From the NCBI GenBank assembly GCA_030158725.1, contig JAOASJ010000031.1, positions 6,504-70,503 of the forward strand: 64,000 bases of DNA, in the 5' to 3' direction. The stretch comes from Bacteroidia bacterium. Lineage in GTDB: Bacteria > Bacteroidota > Bacteroidia > NS11-12g > UBA955. The position numbers were made by a program, and so were the translations under genes. Of the stretch, positions 19,926 to 27,960 are shown one piece after another. The first letter of the stretch is position 1, and the number at the start of each line of letters is the position of its first letter. Under the pieces are notes generated by a model. The model did no database searches, had not been told where the DNA came from, and worked only from the letters and a program-made list of their open reading frames with translations.

Positions 19926-20786
19926 ATGAGAAAAATATATTTAAGTATAGCCATTGTTACTGTATCTCTATGCAATATAAATGGTCAAACAGTTCCCAAT
20001 TCTAGCTTCGAAACTTGGTCGCAAAATGGACCTTTTGAAACCCCAAACAATTGGAATGTTAGTCCTGCTGCTTCAAAATCAACCGATGCGCACACTGGCA
20101 CTTATTCCTTACAACTTAAAACCGGGATTTTTACCAACCCTCAAACCCAAGCAATTGATACAATACCTGGAATGGCAACAACTGGTCAACAAGGTATGGG
20201 ACCAGGCAATCAAGGAACAAACGGTTACTCTTTTGGGGCTAGACCGGATAGTCTGGTTTTTTGGTACAAATACCAAGCACAAAATAATGATTCGTTTGTT
20301 GTACGCCTTAATTTGACCAAATGGAATTCAGGGGTTAAGGACATGATTTCGGACCTGGTTTTTATAGGTGGAGCGACTATGAAATATACCAGAGTCGCAA
20401 TTGCATTACCTTATTTTTTAAATTCACAACCCGATACTGCAACCATACAGATAATTAGCAGTCTTAGTCCTAGAGAAAATTTAATTTTGGGTTCTACATT
20501 ATTGATTGACGATATTGGTTTTATTAGCAACAGCAGTGCGGTAGAACAAAACACAATTAACAATAATGTTCAGGTTTCAATTTACCCAAATCCGTTTAAC
20601 AATTCATTCACTATTGCCAATTTTAACAGTGACAATATCAAACTAATAGACATCTTTGGTGCTTTAGTTTTAGAACAAAACACGCGCAACATTGAAACTA
20701 TTGATATTTCAACATCTTCATTAGCTCCAGGTATCTACTTTATAGTATTGAATGATGGTGTTTACCACAAAATAATAAAAGAATAA
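19926..20786 (+). CDS. Secreted protein of unknown function with a T9SS type-A C-terminal sorting domain.
   Basis: Signal peptide. C-terminal roughly 80 aa match the Por_Secre_tail pattern (VSIYPNPFNNSFTI...APGIYFIVLNDG). The stop is directly adjacent to the multicopper oxidase start. Confidence 0.6.
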   Translation: MRKIYLSIAIVTVSLCNINGQTVPNSSFETWSQNGPFETPNNWNVSPAASKSTDAHTGTYSLQLKTGIFTNPQTQAIDTIPGMATTGQQGMGPGNQGTNGYSFGARPDSLVFWYKYQAQNNDSFVVRLNLTKWNSGVKDMISDLVFIGGATMKYTRVAIALPYFLNSQPDTATIQIISSLSPRENLILGSTLLIDDIGFISNSSAVEQNTINNNVQVSIYPNPFNNSFTIANFNSDNIKLIDIFGALVLEQNTRNIETIDISTSSLAPGIYFIVLNDGVYHKIIKE

Positions 20787-22517
20787 ATGAAAATAAAATC
20801 ACTTTTCACCTTAATAGCATTGATTGCATGGAAGTTGTCAAATGCCCAATACAACCAATTATGGATTCCTGATACTTTGACTGGGACAAATTTTAACTTG
20901 ACCATCAAAGATACTTTTGCCCAAATATGTAATACAGGGAATCAAACAATAACAGGTGGGATTAATGGGAAGTTTTGGGGACCTACTTTGTTCTTTAAAA
21001 AAGGAGAGGTGGTGCATTTAAATGTGAAGAATAATTTAAATGATTCAACAACCATACATTGGCATGGCATGCATTTACCTGCGGTGATGGATGGCGGTCC
21101 TCATCAAGTTATTCCTCCAGGAGCTCTTTGGCAACCATATTGGAAAGTTGCAAATAATGCGTCAACGTATTGGTACCACCCACATTTACACGAAATGACC
21201 ATGGAGCATATAAGCAAGGGTATTGGTGGATTGATTATCGTAAGAGATAGCATTGAATCGTCTTTGAGTTTACCAAGGACTTATGGACTAGATGATATTC
21301 CAATGGTTTTGACCGACAGAGATATTAATTCTTCCAATCAATTTGATTTGGTGCCTTATGGCGACAGTTGTTTGGTAAACATGACTCTTAGAGCACAATA
21401 TACAGTGCCAACTCAGGTCGTACGCTTTCGTTTGTTAAATGCCGCTATTGAGCGTTCATTTAACATTGGTTTTAGCGACAATAGAACTTTTTATGTTATT
21501 GGTTCTGATGGAGGCTTGTTAAATGCTCCAGTTCCTCTAACCCGTTACTTATTGCATGCAGGTGAAAGAATTGAAATATTGGTAGACTTCAAAGGTCAAT
21601 CAACATCAATCGACATTAAAGCATTTAATTCAACCCTCGGAAATGCAATTCCGGGTGGCGAGAATTTCCCAAATGGTCCTTTTGCAAATGCTTTGGGAAA
21701 GAAAGACTTTGTCATGCTGCATTTGAATTTTAAATCGGCGACCAACAATGCAATTACTAGTATTCCTACTGTTTTAACCAATAATATACTTTTGAAATCA
21801 GCAGATGCTCAAATAACAAGAGCTCTAACAATGACAGATAGTGCGGGTGTTCCAGGAACTTTGGGCCCAAATACCTTTATAATTAACCACAGATTATTTA
21901 AACTAAACTATATTGATTACCAAGTGCCATTAAACAATACAGAAATTTGGCAGATCACAAATTCCACTGCTTTTGGGCACCCATTCCATATCCATGACGT
22001 TGAATTTAATATTATCAGTGTAAATGGAGCCGCACCATCAGCAGCTCAAGCTGGCTGGAAAGATGTGGTTTTTGTGCCTGGCGCAAGTGGAGGAGGACCA
22101 GGTGGTGGAGGTACGCCTTACGTAATTAAATTTATTGCAAAATTTGATGATTATGCAGACGCCCTTCATCCATTTATGTACCACTGTCACATTTCGTTGC
22201 ATGAAGATGAAGGAATGATGGGACAGTTTGTAGTAACTGATCCATCAAATAAAATTAACACCAATGAGAATCTTACATCATTTTCATTGTTTCCAAATCC
22301 AGCAAACCAAACACTTTATTTCAAGTTTAATAACAGCAATCAAAATGTTTATTATGTGAGAATAGTTGATGCCTTAGGTAGAACAATTATGATGTTGCCT
22401 GCCCCAGAATTAAATAAGGGCATTGATATTTCACAATTAATTCCAGGTGTTTATTCAGTTATACTTACAGATGGAGATTCAAAAAAAGTAAGCATTCAAA
22501 ATTTCGTTAAGGAGTAA
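20787..22517 (+). CDS. Multicopper oxidase (laccase/CueO-like) with a T9SS type-A C-terminal domain.
   Basis: Copper-binding motifs HWHGMH, HPHLH, HPFHIHD and HCHISLHEDEGMMGQF. C-terminal FSLFPNPANQTLYF...PGVYSVILTDG. 576 aa. Confidence 0.85.
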   Translation: MKIKSLFTLIALIAWKLSNAQYNQLWIPDTLTGTNFNLTIKDTFAQICNTGNQTITGGINGKFWGPTLFFKKGEVVHLNVKNNLNDSTTIHWHGMHLPAVMDGGPHQVIPPGALWQPYWKVANNASTYWYHPHLHEMTMEHISKGIGGLIIVRDSIESSLSLPRTYGLDDIPMVLTDRDINSSNQFDLVPYGDSCLVNMTLRAQYTVPTQVVRFRLLNAAIERSFNIGFSDNRTFYVIGSDGGLLNAPVPLTRYLLHAGERIEILVDFKGQSTSIDIKAFNSTLGNAIPGGENFPNGPFANALGKKDFVMLHLNFKSATNNAITSIPTVLTNNILLKSADAQITRALTMTDSAGVPGTLGPNTFIINHRLFKLNYIDYQVPLNNTEIWQITNSTAFGHPFHIHDVEFNIISVNGAAPSAAQAGWKDVVFVPGASGGGPGGGGTPYVIKFIAKFDDYADALHPFMYHCHISLHEDEGMMGQFVVTDPSNKINTNENLTSFSLFPNPANQTLYFKFNNSNQNVYYVRIVDALGRTIMMLPAPELNKGIDISQLIPGVYSVILTDGDSKKVSIQNFVKE

Positions 22518-22576
22518 TAACATATCTCATCCCAAAATAAAATCATTTTCTTTCAAACCCATATTTAAAATAATTA

Positions 22577-23926
22577 ATGAAAATCTCTAGCCTTTTAATC
22601 GCACTTGTTTTTACAACACTTGCAAATGCACAAACCAATCCGATAATTACCTCATGGTTGCAGAATACCACTGGAATTCTTGGTAGACATTATGTAAATG
22701 GAAATTCTACTCCAATTAACGATGCCGATACCGCCAATGTTATGTCGGTTTCATATTCGAGTAATTGGGTTTACATCAGAACCAACGGTGTGCCTTCTTA
22801 TATTACAGGTCCATTTTTAGATGGCAATCCTTCAATCACCACTGCTCAAAAAGCCATTTTTAAATTGAGTTTAAACCCTGCAAAAAATACAGGCACATTA
22901 ACGAATACTACAGGTGGAAATATTGGATTGTTTATAAATGGTGTTGCTTTGTTTGACTACCGAGACGGTGTTTCTTGGAGCAATGCAAACAACGCTTTAA
23001 AAGGTGGTCCTTTGGGAGGAATGGGCGATAATGTTTGGAACCGTGATGCGGTTGTGGCTGAAAGAAAGGGTTTCGATTGCGCGAAAGGCCATCCTGCAAT
23101 GGGCAATTACCACCACCATCAAAATCCTAGTGCTTTTAATCTTGATCAGAATGTGGTTTCAACCATTTGTAACTTATACAATGCTGATGGATTATATGTT
23201 ATAGATTCAACAAAACATTCGCCACTTATTGGTTTTTCTTACGATGGATTTCCAATCTACGGCGCTTATGCATATAAAAATGCGGATGGAACAGGTGGAA
23301 TTGTTCGCATGAAATCTGCTTACAAATACAGAAATATCACAACAAGAACTACTTATTCTAACGGAAGTAATGTAACTGCAGGTCCTGTTGTTTCAAGCAC
23401 ATATCCACTTGGTTACTTTAGAGAAGATTATGAATTTGTGGCAGGAACGGGTGATGATATACTTGATGTTCACAATGGCCGTTTTTGCGTTACCCCTGAA
23501 TACCCGAATGGTATATATTGTTATTTTGCAACTGTTGACGCTAATTGGAATTCTGCATATCCCTATGCTGTTGGTCCAACTTTCTATGGGGTTAAAAATG
23601 CTGTAAAAGTTACTGCGATTAGTGAGCCAGTCACAATTTATAAGTCCAATAATACCGGTGTTGAATCTTTCATTCAAGAGATGAATATTAGCATTTACCC
23701 GAACCCTACGAGCGATTTATTGGCAGTTCAATGCAATGAAATCAACCGCGAGAACATCAATGTTGAATTGTACGATTTTACTGGCAAATTGGTTCAGTCT
23801 TGTGTTTTATTACAAGGCAGTACCATCGCGTATTTCGATACCCAAACATTGTATGCGGGTCAATATATAGTGAAAATTAATACCACTTCAAAGGTATATA
23901 CCCGTAACATAAGCATTGTTAAATAA
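22577..23926 (+). CDS. YHYH family protein with a T9SS type-A C-terminal domain.
   Basis: Signature GHPAMGNYHHHQNP and a YDGFPIYG segment. C-terminal ISIYPNPTSDLLAV...AGQYIVKINT sorting domain. 449 aa. Confidence 0.7.
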   Translation: MKISSLLIALVFTTLANAQTNPIITSWLQNTTGILGRHYVNGNSTPINDADTANVMSVSYSSNWVYIRTNGVPSYITGPFLDGNPSITTAQKAIFKLSLNPAKNTGTLTNTTGGNIGLFINGVALFDYRDGVSWSNANNALKGGPLGGMGDNVWNRDAVVAERKGFDCAKGHPAMGNYHHHQNPSAFNLDQNVVSTICNLYNADGLYVIDSTKHSPLIGFSYDGFPIYGAYAYKNADGTGGIVRMKSAYKYRNITTRTTYSNGSNVTAGPVVSSTYPLGYFREDYEFVAGTGDDILDVHNGRFCVTPEYPNGIYCYFATVDANWNSAYPYAVGPTFYGVKNAVKVTAISEPVTIYKSNNTGVESFIQEMNISIYPNPTSDLLAVQCNEINRENINVELYDFTGKLVQSCVLLQGSTIAYFDTQTLYAGQYIVKINTTSKVYTRNISIVK

Positions 23927-23932
23927 TGTGAT

Positions 23933-24532
23933 ATGTTAAAATTATCATCACGTTTTTCATTATTGCTTATAACCACTTTAGTCTTCGGTTTTATCAATGA
24001 GACGCCTCAATCCATCAATGATTTTACACTCAAAAACATTGATGGAAAAATGGTTTCACTAAGCAATTATAAAGAGGCTAGGGGTTTTATTATTGTATTT
24101 ACTTGCAACCATTGTCCATTCGCAAAACTATATCCTGAGCGCTTTAACCAATTGAATTTAAAGTACAAGCCATTGGGTGTCCCATTGCTCGCAATAAGTT
24201 CAACGGATACAATACTATATATCGAAGACACTTATTCAAAAATGGTAAAAAAAGCAAAAAAGGAAAAGTTTAATTTCCCCTACCTATTTGATGGAGAGCA
24301 AACAGTAGCTAAGAATTTTTCTGCACAAAAAACACCTCATGCTTATGTGGTTTGGAAAGAAAATAATAAATGGGTTGTTAAATACGATGGGGCAATAGAT
24401 GATAATGGCAACAATCCTGAAAAGGTCAGCAAACACTTTGTTGCTGATGCGGTAGATTCATTGCTGTTGAATAAGTCAGTGGCAATCCGACAAACTAAAT
24501 CAATTGGTTGTCAAATTCTATTTAGAAAATAG
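23933..24532 (+). CDS. Thioredoxin-fold (redoxin/AhpC-TSA-like) thiol-disulfide oxidoreductase.
   Basis: Signal/anchor sequence. CxxC motif in FIIVFTCNHCPFAKLY. 199 aa. It is the last gene of the same-strand run. Confidence 0.6.
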   Translation: MLKLSSRFSLLLITTLVFGFINETPQSINDFTLKNIDGKMVSLSNYKEARGFIIVFTCNHCPFAKLYPERFNQLNLKYKPLGVPLLAISSTDTILYIEDTYSKMVKKAKKEKFNFPYLFDGEQTVAKNFSAQKTPHAYVVWKENNKWVVKYDGAIDDNGNNPEKVSKHFVADAVDSLLLNKSVAIRQTKSIGCQILFRK

Positions 24533-24570
24533 AATTTGACTCGACTTTGTTTGTCTAATTTTTTTAAAAA

Positions 24571-24602
24571 AATGTAAAGGAGTGATTTTACATTCCTTTT
24601 TT
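24571..24602. terminator. Rho-independent terminator, bidirectional, between convergent genes.
   Basis: Perfect hairpin aatgtaaa-ggagtga-tttacatt followed by a T-run (cctttttt) and preceded by an A-run. Confidence 0.6.
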
Positions 24603-24701
24603 AAATAATTTTCAGATGTAATATTCACCCTTCAAAGGTGGCAATATTTAGATTTGAACCCCTTACATTTTAAATCTTAAAGTTGTATAACTTACTGATA
24701 A

Positions 24702-27137
24702 TTAAGTCTTGTTTTGATGCTGAACCAATGGTAAAGTGATAATAAATTCAGTGCCTTCATTAGGTTTGCTCACTGCATTAATTTCTCCACCCATGCTTTC
24801 TAATTGTGCTTTAACCATATACAATCCAATCCCATTGCCTTCAGAATTATTGTTAAACCGCTTATATAGACCAAACAACTGAGAACCATATTTGTCCATA
24901 TCAATTCCAATTCCGTTGTCTTTAAAATGAAGTATAACTTGTTCGCTTTTAATCTCAGACCAAATGTCCAATCTTGCAACTTGACCTGCTTTTGCATATT
25001 TTATACTATTGCTAATCAAGTTGTAAAAAACACTGTTCAAATAAGTTCTAATCGACCCAATATTTCCACATTTTGAAAAATCATCACTGATTTGAATTTT
25101 ACTGCTCTCTATTTGTTTACTTAAAATGTTTTTAACATCGCCTAACAAGTCTTTGAATTCAACAAACTCATTCAACTCAGATACATCTTTTTTGACTTTT
25201 AATATTTCATTTAAGTCAACTATAACCGTTTCTAATCGCTCAGTTGATATATCAATTTTTTCTAAAATTTCTTCTTTTTCAATTGGGTCATTTGACTCTT
25301 TTAACAAGGAATTTAAAGCAACAATATTAGCGACTGGTGCCCTTAAATTATGGGAAACTATAAAGGCAAATTGCTCTAAATCTTTGTTCCTTCTTAACAA
25401 AACGGAGTTGGTATTTAACAAGGTGTTTTCCATTTCTTTTCGTTTGCTAATATTTTGAGCTGCAATACAATAACCAATTATTTCATTTTTATTTAATACT
25501 GGAATAGCCGTAATTTCAAAGTAGTCTAATTTTGTTTCATTTAAATAGGTCGTTTCATAAGCAAATGATTTCTTTTCATTTGTGATTTTTTCAAATACCC
25601 AATTGAAATTTACTTTTTTGTCAGGATGTAATAATTCAAGGAAACTTAGGCCTGTCTGAATTTGAAATCCTGTTAAAATATTGTATTCCTTTAACATGAT
25701 TTTATTGTAAGACTGGATTATGAAATTCACATCCATCAAAAAATAGCCTATTTCTGTATTCTCAAAAATAGAATTCATATTGGCCTCAGATTTTGTTAAA
25801 AGTTTATAAGCATCTTCTTTCTTAAAATACGTTTCCAACATTTCAGCTATAGTATTAAGCAAGAATATTTCTTCTTCTAAAAACAAATAATTCTGAGAGG
25901 ATTCATTTTGCGGTGGATAAACCACTTCTATGAATGAATCAGCATATTCCTTACAATTAATTTCGGACCTTATTTTATTTAAACTTGCATTAAATCCAAT
26001 TGATTGATACAAGTCTGAACCACATTTAATTCGAGCTTCACAATCAACATCAAACTGGAATGCATACGGAATTAAGTTGACTATACTATTTAATAAAGTA
26101 TCCTTATCGTGGTTATCGTTTAAAAGCAATTTGTTTACTTGATGTAAAACATCCAGCTCTTTAATACGCATGCTCAATAATTTGCTGTTTTGTTCTTTCT
26201 TAATCTTGATGCGTATGTTTTTAACCGCCGTAGACAAATTCTTCGCAATGGTCTCTAATACTTTTACCTCTTGTTCATCAAATGAATCGACACTGTCTGA
26301 ATATATGTTGATATTTCCTGTTACATGTTTATGGTAATTTAAAGCAATCGATACACAACCTTTTAATCCGTATTCATCTGCTTTGTCCTGCCAAAACGCG
26401 AAGTTTTCTATTAGTTTAAAATTATTTGCTATTGTAGTAAGTCCTGTATTGAGAACATTAGCTGTAGGACCGTTGCCTTGAATTTTGTCTGCTAAATTTA
26501 TTTTAATGTCTTTGGTATAGCCAGTTTTTCCATATTCTGCAGCAATTTTTAAATTTTGATCTTTTGCATCAAATTCTGGTTTTACACCTATCCAAACCAA
26601 TTTATAATTTCCAAATTCCACCAAATATTTACAGACTTCTTGTGTCAAATTCAATTCATCATGAATGTTGTAAATTAATTCACTTACTTGGTTAATTAAC
26701 TTCAATTCAGATATTCCTCGAGTTAACTTATGGTTTATCTCAACCTTCTCTGTTATATCGGTTAAAATTCCATTCCAAATTATATCTCCATTTTCTTGTT
26801 TCTTTGGGATAGAATTGAAATGTAAATATTGAGACTCTCCATTGCCGTTTTTTCCTCTAACTTCAATATCGAATATGCTTAAGTTTTGATAGGATTCGTA
26901 TTCGGCTTTGCGAAAACGTTCAATATCATCAGGGTCAATTAATCCTCTTAGAATTTCTTGGTCATTGTATAATTCGTTCAAACTACATCCCGAATATTCC
27001 TCTATGTTTTTGCTTAAATAGGTAAACTTCCCAATTCCAGAAACAAACATAGTATATTGGTAAATTATAACTCCTGGGATATTGCTGCTAAGCGCTTCTA
27101 GGAAATTACTGTTTAAATCGGTTTTTTCTTCATTCAT
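24702..27137 (-). CDS. Cytoplasmic multi-PAS/GAF sensor histidine kinase.
   Basis: HisKA H-box (FAFIVSHNLRAPVANI). HATPase_c N/G boxes (YNLISNSIKYA, DNGIGID, GNGIGLYMVK). 811 aa. No N-terminal TM segment and no adjacent response regulator. Confidence 0.85.
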   Translation of the reverse strand: MNEEKTDLNSNFLEALSSNIPGVIIYQYTMFVSGIGKFTYLSKNIEEYSGCSLNELYNDQEILRGLIDPDDIERFRKAEYESYQNLSIFDIEVRGKNGNGESQYLHFNSIPKKQENGDIIWNGILTDITEKVEINHKLTRGISELKLINQVSELIYNIHDELNLTQEVCKYLVEFGNYKLVWIGVKPEFDAKDQNLKIAAEYGKTGYTKDIKINLADKIQGNGPTANVLNTGLTTIANNFKLIENFAFWQDKADEYGLKGCVSIALNYHKHVTGNINIYSDSVDSFDEQEVKVLETIAKNLSTAVKNIRIKIKKEQNSKLLSMRIKELDVLHQVNKLLLNDNHDKDTLLNSIVNLIPYAFQFDVDCEARIKCGSDLYQSIGFNASLNKIRSEINCKEYADSFIEVVYPPQNESSQNYLFLEEEIFLLNTIAEMLETYFKKEDAYKLLTKSEANMNSIFENTEIGYFLMDVNFIIQSYNKIMLKEYNILTGFQIQTGLSFLELLHPDKKVNFNWVFEKITNEKKSFAYETTYLNETKLDYFEITAIPVLNKNEIIGYCIAAQNISKRKEMENTLLNTNSVLLRRNKDLEQFAFIVSHNLRAPVANIVALNSLLKESNDPIEKEEILEKIDISTERLETVIVDLNEILKVKKDVSELNEFVEFKDLLGDVKNILSKQIESSKIQISDDFSKCGNIGSIRTYLNSVFYNLISNSIKYAKAGQVARLDIWSEIKSEQVILHFKDNGIGIDMDKYGSQLFGLYKRFNNNSEGNGIGLYMVKAQLESMGGEINAVSKPNEGTEFIITLPLVQHQNKT

Positions 27138-27275
27138 GTTTTAGTAATACATTTAATAAAATTTAAATGTATGGTCAAGCAAATGTAGATGTTTATAATA
27201 TCAGAAAGAGTTTATTTTTCTGAAATTATGATTGTTTAATCAATCATCTCAATGAAGAATTTGTCCTCTTTATTT

Positions 27276-27905
27276 CTATTGTTTTGGTTTGGCGTAACTT
27301 AAACGCTCCAAGCTAGTTGTTTTATGATAGCCATCCAATCCACTGCCTGCCAAACTTCCTGCTTTCTCAATATCTAAATATCCATCTTCACACAAATCTT
27401 CGTTCGGATAATATATTCCCAATATTTCCCCAATGACTATACTTGTGTTGTTGATTTTGATATCAATTATTTCCTTCAATTCCAGAGCAATTTGAATCCT
27501 ACTTTCCAATACAAATGGGGCATAAAACCCATCTTTAATTTCAGCACTTAAACCACAAGCTTCGAATTCGGAAACTTCTGCAGCATACCTGGCTGAGGTC
27601 TGATGTGCCTGTTTGTAAATACCTTCATGTATATGGTTAACCGTGTAGTATTTTGTTTCGATTATATTCGTAACGGTATGACGAAGATGGGCTTCTGGTC
27701 GAGAAATAAATCCCAATAGGGCAGGATTGGCACCCAAATGAACAAAGGAATTAAATATGGCTAAGTTGTCATTTCCAACTTTGTTTTTTGTGCCAATTAA
27801 ACCAATGCTTTTAAAGCCTGTTAAAGAGTTTATTAAATTGGCTCGCTTCCTTGAATCCATTTCAAGTAAACCGTTTCTGTTCAAATGTTCGAGTTGAATT
27901 GACAT
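27276..27905 (-). CDS. Flavin reductase-like (FMN-binding split-barrel) family protein.
   Basis: 209 aa with a flavin-reductase-like domain pattern (GLIGTKNKVGNDNLAIFNS...). Moderate confidence. Confidence 0.5.
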   Translation of the reverse strand: MSIQLEHLNRNGLLEMDSRKRANLINSLTGFKSIGLIGTKNKVGNDNLAIFNSFVHLGANPALLGFISRPEAHLRHTVTNIIETKYYTVNHIHEGIYKQAHQTSARYAAEVSEFEACGLSAEIKDGFYAPFVLESRIQIALELKEIIDIKINNTSIVIGEILGIYYPNEDLCEDGYLDIEKAGSLAGSGLDGYHKTTSLERLSYAKPKQ

Positions 27906-27960
27906 ATAACTAACTTTTAAACCAAAGTAAAGCTAAAATGTTTGAGCTTGACTCTGAAAG

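Noticed and set aside
24603-24701. A short cacc...ggtg hairpin downstream of the histidine kinase gene, considered as a second terminator.
   Set aside because: It has only a 4-bp stem with no T-run on the relevant strand. The strong bidirectional terminator at 24571-24602 already serves both convergent transcripts.
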